A stretch of DNA of 64,000 bases, taken from NCBI GenBank assembly GCA_964016885.1, contig OZ024754.1:11222001-11286000 (forward strand), read 5' to 3'. Source of the stretch: Eledone cirrhosa (taxonomy: Eukaryota). The notes below the pieces were generated by a model. It searched no databases and had not been told where the DNA came from. It saw only the letters and a program-made list of their open reading frames with translations. The translations under genes were made by a program, and so were the position numbers. Shown here one piece after another: positions 27,401 to 37,979 of the stretch (position 1 is its first letter; each line of letters opens with the position of its first letter).

Positions 27401-30400
27401 TAAAGAACTAATGGCTGCCCAAGGCGTCAAAATTATGGCCAAAGATTTAGAAAAGGCGCTTGCAGGTTTGCCTTTGTATGTCTCGAAAGATCAAGATGAG
27501 ATAGATTATTATAAGGTAAAGTAAATTATGTTTTGTTTTTTTTTCTCATAATTATTGCAATTAGTCAATTCATATTGTATAGGTACTGAAGCATTTTATC
27601 TGTGTTCCCCAAATCTGGAAAGTCCAGAAAACTGGCTGGTTTGGAATCTGGTGCATTGTCTCCTACCTGATTGGAAATGTTTCAGAACTTTTTATATTTA
27701 TTTCTTTAATTTTTGGGGGGTGGTCAAAACTCAAAGGTTTTTTCTTTTTATTATTTTTATTTTTTTTGTCTTGGAAATGACAAATATTGGGAGGAGGGGG
27801 AGGGTCCGCGTTTGATTTGCTAAATTTGGAGGGTGAGTACGATTTGGTTTGGCAGGAATCATGAGTACAGGTTGGAGTTCGATTTAGAGTGTTTACTGAG
27901 GATTTGTAGACCAATTGAAGCAATAGTGGTTTTATTGTGTATTAATTTGTATCTGTTAAATACAGTTTTGTTGATTTACTTTTCACTGTTCATTTTATGT
28001 TGTATCTATATAGTTTTATGTGTTTAGAATAGGTTTACTGTATCTCTGCATGATGTCAGATTTAACTAAATAGGATGGTGTCAGGAATGGCATCCAACTG
28101 TGTTTTTTTTTTTTATCATGGTACCAACACTACCACTTTACAGGCTGGACTGGGTACTTTATCATGGTACCAACACTACCACTTTACAGGCTGGACTGGG
28201 TACTTTATCATGGTACCAACACTACCACTTTACAGGCTGGACTGGGTACTTTATCATGGTACCAACACTACCACTTTACAGGCTGGACTGGGTACTTTGT
28301 TATCATGGTACCAACACTACCACTTTACAGGCTGGACTGGGTACTTTGTTATCATGGTACCAACACTACCACTTTACAGGCTGGACTGGGTACTTTATCA
28401 TGGTACCAACACTACCACTTTACAGGCTGGACTGGGTACTTTATCATGGCACCAACACTACCACTTTACAGGCTGGACTGGGTACTTTGTTATCATGGTA
28501 CCAACACTACCACTTTACAGGCTGGACTGGGTACTTTGTTATCATGGTACCAACACTACCACTTTACAGGCTGGACTGGGTACTTTATCATGGCACCAAC
28601 ACTACCACTTTACAGGCTGGACTGGGTACTTTATCATGGTACCAACACTACCACTTTACAGGCTGGACTGGGTACTTTATCATGGTACCAACACTACCAC
28701 TTTACAGGCTGGACTGGGTACTTTGTTATCATGGTACCAACACTACCACTTTACAGGCTGGACTGGGTACTTTGTTATCATGGCACCAACACTACCACTT
28801 TACAGGCTGGACTGGGTACTTTGTTATCATGGCACCAACACTACCACTTTACAGGCTGGACTGGGTACTTTATTATGGTACCAACACTACCACTTTACAG
28901 GCTGGACTGGGTACTTTGTTATCATGGTACCAACACTACCACTTTACAGGCTGGACTGGGTACTTTGTTATCATGGTACCAACACTACCACTTTACAGGC
29001 TGGACTGGGTACTTTATCATGGTACCAACACTACCACTTTACAGGCTGGACTGGGTACTTTATCATGGTACCAACACTACCACTTTACAGGCTGGACTGG
29101 GTACTTTATCATGGCACCAACACTACCACTTTACAGGCTGGACTGGGTACTTTATCATGGTACCAACACTACCACTTTACAGGCTGGACTGGGTACTTTG
29201 TTATCATGGCACCAACACTACCACTTTACAGGCTGGACTGGGTACTTTGTTATCATGGTACCAACACTACCACTTTACAGGCTGGACTGGGTACTTTATC
29301 ATGGTACCAACACTACCACTTTACAGGCTGGACTGGGTACTTTGTTATCATGGTACCAACACTACCACTTTACAGGCTGGACTGGGTACTTTGTTATCAT
29401 GGTACCAACACTACCACTTTACAGGCTGGACTGGGTACTTTGTTATCATGGTACCAACACTACCACTTTACAGGCTGGACTGGGTACTTTGTTATCATGG
29501 CACCAACACTACCACTTTACAGGCTGGACTGGGTACTTTGTTATCATGGTACCAACACTACCACTTTACAGGCTGGACTGGGTACTTTGTTATCATGGCA
29601 CCAACACTACCACTTTACAGGCTGGACTGGGTACTTTATCATGGTACCAACACTACCACTTTACAGGCTGGACTGGGTACTTTGTTATCATGGCACCAAC
29701 ACTACCACTTTACAGGCTGGACTGGGTACTTTATCATGGTACCAACACTACCACTTTACAGGCTGGACTGGGTACTTTGTTATCATGGTACCAACACTAC
29801 CACTTTACAGGCTGGACTGGGTACTTTGTTATCATGGTACCAACACTACCACTTTACAGGCTGGACTGGGTACTTTGTTATCATGGTACCAACACTACCA
29901 CTTTACAGGCTGGACTGGGTACTTTGTTATCATGGTACCAACACTACCACTTTACAGGCTGGACTGGGTACTTTGTTATCATGGTACCAACACTACCACT
30001 TTACAGGCTGGACTGGGTACTTTGTTATCATGGTACCAACACTACCACTTTACAGGCTGGACTGGGTACTTTGTTATCATGGCACCAACACTACCACTTT
30101 ACAGGATGGACTGGGTACTTTATCATGGCACCAACACTACCACTTTACAGGCTGGACTGGGTACTTTGTTATCATGGTACCAACACTACCACTTTACAGG
30201 CTGGACTGGGTACTTTGTTATCATGGTACCAACACTATCACTTTACAGGCTGGACTGGGTACTTTGTTATCATGGTACCAACACTACCACTTTACAGGCT
30301 GGACTGGGTACTTTGTTATCATGGCACCAACACTACCACTTTACAGTCTGGACTGGGTACTTTGTTATCATGGTACCAACACTACCACTTTACAGTCTGG

Positions 30401-33400
30401 ACTGGGTACTTTGTTATCATGGCACCAACACTACCACTTTACAGGCTGGACTGGGTACTTTGTTATCATGGCACCAACACTACCACTTTATAGTGTGGGT
30501 TAAAACATGAAATTGAAGCAAAATTCATAGCATATTGAGATACTTTTTTTTTCCATAAATTTACTTGCCATTTGTACACACTAGCATATATTTTTTAATA
30601 TCAGTCATTAATAATATGTCAACTCTCATTAAAATGATTTTACTTTGATATTTCCTTATTACTTTTCAGTCAGAGGTATCTAATGCTTTAAAAGAAGTTC
30701 TTAGTGGAATAAAACTTCAAGAACGGGGTGTCTTTGTACAAGCTTCAACTCTTGGTTCCATGGAAGCGTTATTAGAATTTTTAAGAACTTCTAAAATCCC
30801 TGTGAGTATTTTTCTTTTGCATATCATCAATTAAGTGTAATTTTACTCTCTACTGGAATTTTAAAAAATTATTCTGGAGGTCGGACAAGGTAAACAAGAG
30901 TGCAGATCTATATATAAAGGGTTTGCGCAATCAACCTTATGATTAAGTGCACTTTAAAATGTGAATAGACTAAACTACTTTTTCGGGTATTTAAAATCTA
31001 AAAGGCAACCTGCAAGACAATACCAATAGAAATGGATTTTACTTATTTTTCTCCTCACTACATGTGTAATTCTAATTCTGATTACTTGAAATTTGAGAAA
31101 TATTACCCCTTCGTGGTTTAATCAGACTTCAATGTCAATTGAAAGTGTTCCCTTCCTCATAGCAGGAAGGTTCTTCATTGATTAAAATGTTCTTGCCCAA
31201 TACACCATGTTGGTTCTGATTTAATTATACATGTACTTAATTATCTCATTACTGCTCTCTCAGAATTAATTTCTGCAATGGGTTAACTATGTTATTTTTT
31301 TTATTTCTCCAGTGTCATTGAAATATAGTTACTTGCCTCTATCAATTTAACTGCTTAAAACTTCTTTTCTATAAACTTTATTAGATTACATTTTATCAAA
31401 ACATGTCGTATATCTTCTTCTTTCAGTATGCTGGTATAAACATTGGGCCGATCCATAAAAAAGATATAATGAAAGCGTCTGTTATGTTGGAGCATGATAA
31501 TCAGTAAGTCTATAGTTCTTGTCTATATTTATCATCATGTCCTTCTCATTAGCTTTAAATGAACTAGATTTTTTAAAATCTGGTCCAGATTATTACTAAT
31601 TAACATGTAAGGATTATTTTAGTATTAAAAACAATATTTTGTTATGAAAATATTCACTTTTAGGGCTTTTCAAAAGTCATTCAGTTAAAAAGTACATAAT
31701 TTAATATTTAATAGTATTTTTGTTGTTAAAAAAAAAACATTCTAATATACTTTCAGGTATGCTGTAATTTTGGCATTTGATGTGAAAATTGAGCGAGATG
31801 CACAGGAACTTGCGGACACATTAGGGGTGCGAATATTTTCTGCAGATATCATTTATCATCTGTTTGATAAATTTATGACGTACAGAGAAGAATTGAAAAA
31901 AAAGCGTCAGGGTGAATTCCGACATATAGCTGTATTTCCTTGCAAGTTACGTGTCATGCCCGAATACATCTTCAATTCTCGGGACCCTATTGTCGTTGGT
32001 GTGTGTGTTGAAGCTGGTTTTGTCAGAGAAGGGACACCTTTATGTGTGCCATCCAAAGAGGTTAGTCTTTATTTTATTTGTTTAAATCTTTTTTGGACTG
32101 AATCCAGTTTCTGTACATCCACTTTCCAACTCTTGCTAGCAGGGAAAGCAGACATTAAATGATGATGATGATTTCCCTGTTGGGTAGGTTGTCACAATAT
32201 AAGACCAGATGGGTTGGAGTAACCTCATATTGCTCATATGTTCCATATTTGGCATGGTTTGTACAGCTGGATACCCTTCTTAATGCCAACCACCTTACAA
32301 GGTTTACTGGGTGTTTTTCATGGCACTGGTATATATTAATGTAAAGAAATATTTTAGTTCCTTTGTTAGCATATTTCTCATGAAAAACTCTGCCTCTGAT
32401 TCTTTAACCCTTTCGTTACCGCCCAAAGCCGCCCGAAAAAAATTTTGGTTCGTGTGACCAAGCCGCCCAAAACCGCCCGTACTCACACATTCATATTTAA
32501 ATGAGAATATCAGAGCAAATCTCGTTAGTACATTCGTGAAAACACATGATTATACTACGTAAACAATTGAGCTACAGTTTCGGACAAATATCGACGTGTT
32601 ATTTTAATTCTGTGAATTTTGGGAGATTTTTTTCCAAATTTGTTCCTGTTGTATTTTGAAAATTTTTAATTCTGACAAAAAATGGATACCAATTTCATTC
32701 AGTCAAGCAGCGAGTCAGAATTCGAAGGATTTTCTCTTATCTACTGTGAATCTCGATTATAACAGGTACATGGGTGGTGTAGATCGGATGAATCAGATGA
32801 TGTCTTATTATTCAGTTGGCAGATCGGGAAATAAATGGTGGCGATACCTGGTTTGGTATATAGTAAATATGAGTTTTACTAATGCGTTTATACTATATAC
32901 CAAATCGGGACCGGCTCGAAAGCGATGTGACCATCTGCAGTTCCGAGCAGATGTAGCAACACAATTAAGAGCTGGTTATTCCTAAAAAAAAAATAACTGT
33001 AGGGAGAAAAACCAAAGCCTGCCAGAGAGATATCCCTCTGAATTCAGCCGATCTCCATAAATTAGAAAAAATCGAGGGTTGCAAAAGGCAGTGTCTGCCT
33101 TCATCAGTGAATGTCTTCATCAAAAAAGGAAAGCTCCTAGTGGAAGGTCTGTTGAAACAACTTTCCAATGTGCATTCTGCAAGGTTGCATTATGTAGAGC
33201 AGGGTGCTTCACAAGTTTCCGTGATAGGAATATTGTTTGATTTGTATATATGTGTGATTTTATTTTATTAATATTTTCAAATATACTTCGTTTTTATTTT
33301 TCTTTATGTGTAATTTTAATTTACCTGTAAGGTGAATGACGAGTTTTGATTAATTTCTTTTGTAAATCATTATTGTATATTTCTGCGTATCTATGTATGT

Positions 33401-36400
33401 GGGAGAGCTTATTTAATCTAGTTGATGGTGTGTGTATTTTGTTTTCTAGTTTTCTTCAGACAAATTCCAGTCTTTCGTTTTATTTATACTTTTATGGTAC
33501 ACCTGTCTTTTGTGTGTTTAAATTCACCTGATAAATCCAGTAATGTGCACAACTCTTCTATAGTAAAATTCTGTTGTATACCCAATTGAATATTAGCTAA
33601 TAACCCATTTTCTATCGCGATGTTTGAACAAAATTTAAATAATTTCATATTTTGTTGAATTTACCTGTATTTGCCTGTAATTAGAGTCACTTTGAGACAA
33701 AAATTATGGAATAGAATTGGTTCAGAACCTTTCGTTAAATTTTCTTTCAAAAATCACATTAATATGTTGATAAATAAAAAAGTTAGTTGTTTAATGAAAC
33801 CAGACTAAATTTATCATTATGTTAGAAATTAATTGAAACACATAAGGGATGTATTTTGGTTAGAAATATGGTAACGAAAGGCTTAATAAGAATTTGAATC
33901 AAGAATTTGAAGTCATTTTAGTTGTGTAACTAATTTTGTAATTATTAAGCTTGTTTCAAATCAAAATGGTTATAATATATATATATATTGCCGTGTAGGT
34001 AACACGGTAAAAACCTCCCAGTCCCACACTGTAAATGCGGTTGGTGTTAGGAAGGGCATCCAGCTGTAGAAAACCTGCCAGACAGTCCTATGCGAGCAAG
34101 ACAACCACTCTTGCCTCAAGTGGGAAAACTCCCGTCCAAACCCATGCAAGCGTGGAACATGGACGTTAAACGATGATGATGATGATGATATATGGAGGCA
34201 CATGGCTTAGTGGTTAGAGCATTGGCCTTGCAATCGAAAGGTTGTGAGTTCAATTCTCAGACCAGGTGATGTGTTGTTTCCTTGAGCAAGATACTTTATT
34301 TCACATTGCTCCAGTTTACTCAGCTGTAGAAATGAGATGATAGGGACTGGGGTCCATATCATTCCACTGCAAAGTGGTCGTGGAGGTGCCACGGCAAAAA
34401 GCACCCAGCACTCACTGTAAATGAAGTTGGTGTTAGGAAGGGCATCCAGCTGTAGAAATCAAGCCAGAATCAGTTCCCGTCCCACCCTTGCAAGCAGGGA
34501 AAAAGCGGACGTAAAATGAAATGATGATATATATATATATCCATATGTAGTTGACGGACAAGAGAAAAGAGTACTCAATACCGAAGTAGAACTCTAGAGT
34601 AACGAGACTCACCATTTAGCCATAATAATTGAATATATATATATATATATATATGTCATCATCATCATCATTTAACATCCATCTTTCCACACATGAGTTA
34701 GACGGGTTGTCACGTTATGAGTTGAGCCTGGTCTGGAGACTAACATTCTCATACAGATCTGTATTTTAGGTTTGGTTTCTACAATGGATGCCTTTCCCAA
34801 CACCAACCACGCTACAGTGTGGACTGGGTGCTTTTCATTGTGGCACTAAAACAAACATCTAACAGGGTGGAACAGCATGGAAAAACTGATGATTCACCCA
34901 TACACACTAACTTCCATTCTTCCCCATGACACTTATCTGGCTTCTACCATTCTTACTTGACATCACACTTCTTTCTTTACTATCCTAACATGTTGCTCAC
35001 GCTGTTTCCTAGTCACCAACAATCAACATGTAGCTACCGCTGTCTTCCCCTACTTCTATAATTAATGGGGTTTCTTTTCTGTCCTTCAATTTGTAGTTTG
35101 TGGAAATTGGTCGTGTAAGTGGCATAGAAAATAACCACAAACAAGTTGATGTTGCGAAAAAAGGGCAAGAAGTGTGTATTAAAATAGAACCAATCCCTGG
35201 AGAAGCACCAAAAATGTTTGGACGACATTTTGACCATACAGATGTGATAATGAGTAAAGTAAGTAAGATTGGTGATTTGTTTAATTCTTAACGTCCTGTA
35301 CCACATGAAACCACATTTGCATGACACTTTCGAAATATTCAGAACACTATAACTGAATCACATTAAAAATACTAGAAACATTTGAAATAACAAGCCCCCT
35401 TATTGACATTTTCTGTTAAATCATTACAGGATGTTATGAGAAATTTGGGATCATTAATCACGTTATAATTGTTTTAACACGTTTTATTTTTTAAATCTGT
35501 TTCACTAACATCTGCGTAATTATATCTATAATCATTTTTGTATAAAGAAAATGAATCCTCCCATGGAATTTCTTTCTTCTATGTATAAAGAACATTTTGA
35601 TCCTTTTGTTACCATCTCATGAAAGACTCTGCCTATGATTTTCAAATAGGTTGGTGTTTGGAACATAAGGGCTTTTTCATAAAATTATGATGGAAGGTTT
35701 TTAGATAAATATATATATATATGTTTTGTTTTTTATTGATTGACAAGATCCCATACCTCATTCACTTACCGAGTGCGATGGAGCTTGTCAAATCAGATCA
35801 TGCAAACAATGTTTCCATTGGTCTTTCAATTGCTGATACTATCTACTGGTCACATCTGGCAGAAAGAGAAATGTGAAATAAAGTGTCTTGCTTAAGGACA
35901 TAACACATCACCCAGTCCAAGAATCGAACTTGCAATCTCCTGATTGTGAATGTAATTATCTAACCACTAAGCTACATGCCTTCACACTCTTAGATAAATA
36001 TAAACACTTTAAAACAAAACATTTTTGTATGATAGAACTGAGGACAGTTTTAGGGGGTTTGATATCAAAAGGATTAATATATTACTGAGGTAATTAGAAA
36101 TAGAAGCTTTCGCCGTATTTTTCTTTTGCTAAAGAAATTTTAGCCTGATAGTGGGGTTTAGAACCCTCAAAGAAATAGAAAAAGATGAGTTTTGACGTAC
36201 ATGGTAGTCAAAACCACATCTTTTTCCATTTCTTAGAGGGTTCTAAACCCCACTATCAGGCTAAAATTTCTTTACTCAAAAAATACGGCGAAAGCTTCTA
36301 TTTTTAATTTCAAACTCGCTCACTGTTTCAAAACATACTTGTCGTTACTGAGGTAATTTAATTGCCTCTACCCCTCATTCACATATTTATCTTATATTTA

Positions 36401-36521
36401 AATTTTCTTGTAGATTTCCCGGCAATCCATTGATGTTGTTAAGGAGTATTTTCGAGATGAAATGACCAAGACTGATTGGCAATTAATTGTTGAACTAAAG
36501 AAACTTTTTCAAATTATTTAG
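9705..36521 (+). CDS. EIF5B: eukaryotic translation initiation factor 5B (IF2 homologue), 23 coding exons traced; 5'-most coding exon not found
   Basis: Exons joined by hand at GT-AG sites give one open frame (3226 nt). It has a Lys/Glu-rich N-terminus, G1 [23 protein letters not shown]3 DTPGHESF, G4 NKID, G5 PTSA, domain II-IV motifs ([27 protein letters not shown]) and ends [35 protein letters not shown]. Confidence 0.97.
10327..10768. mobile_element. two tandem piggyBac-type MITEs (family A) sharing TTAA 10543-10546
   Basis: CCCTTTAGCATTTA...GG-TTAA-CCCTTTAGCATTTA...TAAATGCTAAAGGG-TTAA. Confidence 0.82.
10965..11108 (+). CDS. EIF5B: eIF5B exon b
   Basis: ctttccag|AAATCC...TCG|gtaagt; [14 protein letters not shown]...[11 protein letters not shown]. 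Confidence 0.85.
11151..11300 (+). mobile_element. diverged SINE head + core
   Basis: gaaggcacatggtttagtggttagag...gtgtccttgcataagacacttta. Confidence 0.7.
11708..11808 (-). mobile_element. second SINE family fragment (family 2)
   Basis: ggcacaaggccagc...cccagtgcattactggtactt...gatgaaaggcaaagttaacctc; similar copies at about 10120, 23270, 38220, 50545, 53290, 58468. Confidence 0.7.
12051..12407 (+). CDS. EIF5B: eIF5B exon c
   Basis: ctttag|AAC...CAG|gtattt; 119 codons, includes [12 protein letters not shown] and Lys-rich runs. Confidence 0.9.
13213..13300 (+). CDS. EIF5B: eIF5B exon d
   Basis: ttcag|GAG...CATG|gtaaat; phase 0 to 1. Confidence 0.85.
13578..13762. repeat. 31-bp GC-rich minisatellite, about 6 copies
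   Basis: gtcagacctggagaggggtgggtgccgccag units. Confidence 0.9.
14487..14614 (+). CDS. EIF5B: eIF5B exon e
   Basis: tttag|TT GAT...CAG|gtaaat; phase 1 to 0. Confidence 0.85.
15880..15950. repeat. (TTTTTA)n microsatellite just upstream of the exon f acceptor
   Basis: Direct inspection. Confidence 0.9.
15965..16081 (+). CDS. EIF5B: eIF5B exon f
   Basis: ctctcag|ATT GCA AAG...CAG|gtatct; [22 protein letters not shown]. Confidence 0.92.
16741..16891 (+). CDS. EIF5B: eIF5B exon g
   Basis: ttctag|AGA...CAAG|gtaatt; [19 protein letters not shown], a conserved eIF5B motif. Confidence 0.95.
17472..17810 (+). mobile_element. SINE with family 1 head/core and a different tail
   Basis: catggtttaatggttagtgc...gtgtccttgaacaagacactttatttcacattgctccag. 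Confidence 0.7.
18071..18157 (+). CDS. EIF5B: eIF5B exon h
   Basis: ttttag|GT TTA...GATG|gtatgt; [14 protein letters not shown]. Confidence 0.92.
18397..18534 (+). CDS. EIF5B: eIF5B exon i
   Basis: ctctag|CT GAT...TCAG|gtaatt; [12 protein letters not shown]. Confidence 0.9.
18682..18797 (+). CDS. EIF5B: eIF5B exon j
   Basis: tttatag|AA ACT...TTA|gtaagt; acidic/Ser tract then EKARERIL. Confidence 0.92.
19094..19615. repeat. 43-bp minisatellite, about 12 copies
   Basis: gtacagtcctgttgccaatggcattccatacacatctcccttt units. Confidence 0.95.
20261..20368 (+). CDS. EIF5B: eIF5B exon k (P-loop)
   Basis: [22 protein letters not shown]; tttag| ... |gtattc. Confidence 0.98.
20458..21419 (+). repeat. 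37-bp minisatellite (about 26 copies) containing the eIF5B exon-l splice acceptor
   Basis: ttaccactatattcctccaacagttaagttactatag units; the last unit runs into exon TTAAGAAGA. Confidence 0.95.
21415..21525 (+). CDS. EIF5B: eIF5B exon l (switch I)
   Basis: ccaacag|TTA AGA AGA ACC; [24 protein letters not shown]; |gtaagt. Confidence 0.97.
22494..22555 (+). CDS. EIF5B: eIF5B exon m (G3)
   Basis: [16 protein letters not shown]; tttcag| ... AG|gtaagg. Confidence 0.97.
23495..23636 (+). CDS. EIF5B: eIF5B exon n
   Basis: [30 protein letters not shown]...FVIALNK|gtgagt. Confidence 0.98.
23760..23980. mobile_element. piggyBac-type MITE (family A)
   Basis: TTAA-CCCTTTAGCATTTA...TAAATGCTGAAGGG-TTAA. 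Confidence 0.85.
24044..24175 (+). CDS. EIF5B: eIF5B exon o
   Basis: ctccag|ATT GAC AGA; IDRLFQWK...ISEQ|gttggt. Confidence 0.96.
24691..24873 (+). CDS. EIF5B: eIF5B exon p (G5)
   Basis: [10 protein letters not shown]...[14 protein letters not shown]...LQATVME|gtaaga. Confidence 0.97.
25166..25992. mobile_element. non-autonomous DNA transposon with about 100-bp TIRs, 6-bp TSD, and an inserted SINE
   Basis: tataat|GGGCACTACC...tcaaccttcgtttatttccgtatcaccacg vs cgtggtgatacggaaataaacgaaggttga...GGTAGTTCCC|tataat. Confidence 0.8.
25531..25875 (+). mobile_element. tRNA-derived CORE-like SINE (family 1)
   Basis: Near-identical to the 8569 and 34194 copies. Confidence 0.92.
26071..26232 (+). CDS. 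EIF5B: eIF5B exon q
   Basis: [24 protein letters not shown]...PMKELRVK|gtaagg. Confidence 0.98.
26441..26533 (+). mobile_element. mariner-like terminal fragment
   Basis: TACGAGGGtcagttgtaaagt...tttatttttcaacatagtctc resembles a mariner left end. Confidence 0.45.
26728..26975 (+). mobile_element. diverged SINE
   Basis: gaaggtgtgtgacctagtggtaagg...gtgttcttgaacaaaacacttcatttcacgttgctctag. Confidence 0.65.
27384..27515 (+). CDS. EIF5B: eIF5B exon r
   Basis: [31 protein letters not shown]...|gtaaag. Confidence 0.97.
28113..30491. repeat. 46/49-bp minisatellite, about 50 copies
   Basis: (ttg)ttatcatggtaccaacactaccactttacaggctggactgggtact units, inside the eIF5B intron r-s. Confidence 0.97.
30670..30801 (+). 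CDS. EIF5B: eIF5B exon s
   Basis: [25 protein letters not shown]|gtgagt. Confidence 0.97.
31427..31503 (+). CDS. EIF5B: eIF5B exon t
   Basis: [26 protein letters not shown]; CA|gtaagt phase 2. Confidence 0.97.
31757..32060 (+). CDS. EIF5B: eIF5B exon u
   Basis: [20 protein letters not shown]...IIYHLFD...AVFPC...[10 protein letters not shown]|gttagt. Confidence 0.98.
32408..33882 (+). mobile_element. piggyBac deletion derivative with transposase C-terminal relic
   Basis: TTAA|CCCTTTCGTTACC ... GGTAACGAAAGGC|TTAA; [19 protein letters not shown]...KWWRYL...NAFILY (32755-32980); Cys-rich tail [18 protein letters not shown]; disrupted. Confidence 0.9.
34194..34528 (+). mobile_element. tRNA-derived CORE-like SINE (family 1)
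   Basis: Near-identical to the 8569 and 25531 copies; preceded by an older SINE tail at 34020-34188. Confidence 0.92.
35097..35258 (+). CDS. EIF5B: eIF5B exon v
   Basis: [15 protein letters not shown]...[11 protein letters not shown]...PKMFGRHF...SK|gtaagt. Confidence 0.98.
36092..36309. repeat. about 105-bp-arm hairpin insertion flanked by a 14-bp direct repeat
   Basis: aattagaaatagaagctttcgccgta.../...tacggcgaaagcttctatttttaatt; ttactgaggtaatt at 36082 and 36345. Confidence 0.85.
36414..36521 (+). CDS. EIF5B: eIF5B last coding exon
   Basis: ttgtag|ATT TCC CGG; ISRQSID...LKKLFQII then TAG. Confidence 0.97.
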   Translation: MSRQSIDVVKEYFRDEMTKTDWQLIVELKKLFQII

Positions 36522-36755
36522 TTATAAAACTGTAAGCATTTTCTTTGAAATAATGTAACAACACTGCCTAAAAGGTTTTATTTTAAGCTGATTATCTGAT
36601 TGTATGTGTGTGCGTGCGCGCGCATGTGTGTGTGTGTGTGTGACCTTCTTTATAAATGATGTCCTTACTAGCAACCCATGTTGCAAAGATCTCAATCTTA
36701 TTGACCACGGCATCGAAATAACACTGATTTTTGCTTTCATCAGATATCAACTCTA

Positions 36756-36893
36756 AATAAATGTATATATATTTCCCATGTTTAATTTATCTGTCATGTG
36801 AAATTCAGTGGGATCATATGTAAATGATGTCGCAAAAGTGGGGAAACAAAATCTACAATAAAATTGTTTTTGTTGAAATGTTTTGCCAATAAA
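36756..36893 (+). terminator. candidate polyadenylation signals of eIF5B
   Basis: Three AATAAA hexamers (about 36756, 36857, 36888) 235-370 nt after the stop; the second is followed by a GT/T-rich tract. Confidence 0.45.
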
Positions 36894-37774
36894 CTTTTTA
36901 CTTAAAAAAAAAAATCCCCTCAGGCTATTTATAAATTGTTGAAAAAAAATGGTAAAAATATAATAATTATAATATAAGCTGGTAACATTAAAGATTTATT
37001 ACATGTAGCATTTGTACATTATCTACTTATCATGTACTATTTAGGTAACTAGTTAACCGAAATGGTTAGTAAATTATATTTCCTATCCTATAGAGTTCAT
37101 TTTCATTCATTTACAAAAACAAACTGATATCAGAATTTGGGACTAACTTTCTCGGAACAAACATTGAAATTATGGGTTAGGACTTGAAAAATAATTACCA
37201 CTAATATAATTGTCAATTCAAAACAGAACATTAATAATTGTGACCAAGCAGGAAAATCTTAATGTTTTATGTTTCTAACATGACTTCTTCCAAAGCTTTG
37301 GCAACCTGTCTACCGTATAGACGACAATATTTTATGTTTGAGAAATGGGCAAATATCCAAACCTTATTTAAGTAGAATTTGAAGTAAATAAAAACCGTCC
37401 AAATACTGACCCCAATTATGACGATCTCTCCACACTTCTACATATTCCTCAGCTTATTCGAGTATATACAATGTCTCCAACTTCCCATTTGCAGGAAAGA
37501 GAGAAAACTACCAGTAAGTTTCTTTGTAGTCAGTAGTCAGCTTGGTGCTTGTATTCACTGCTGAAATGATGTTGGATACAGCTCTACTGTAAATTTAGCA
37601 CGAGAGACTGTTGATCATTGACTCAACTGAAGGGCCTCTAACCTAGGTATAGTTAAAAATTATTGAGATCGAATTAAAGGTATTATTGGCATCATGCAGA
37701 GTTCACCAAAATAAGCGTAAGTGGATTTTAGATTAAAATATCACAATCTCACCAAGGAGATTTATTACTTCAAA

Positions 37775-37979
37775 CCTTTAGCATTTACATTACTCTATAT
37801 TTACTATTGTATTTTTATGGTAAAAGCTTTATCTCACATAATATCAAGTCTGAGATTTTGATATTATTTATTTTGAGAACAATACCTTATCATTGGCATG
37901 AGTGGTCGCTTACAGTTGGTTTGAACAGAAAGAGGTGAGAGAATTCTGGCTTGATATGGCCAGTTTAAATGCTAAAGGG
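37775..37979. mobile_element. piggyBac-type MITE (family A)
   Basis: CCTTTAGCATTTA...TAAATGCTAAAGGG-TTAA. Confidence 0.8.

Noticed and set aside
28075-30510. About 800-aa ORFs as a novel repeat protein gene
   Set aside because: All three frames are open only because a stop-free tandem unit is repeated; it lies in an eIF5B intron and has no unique domain.
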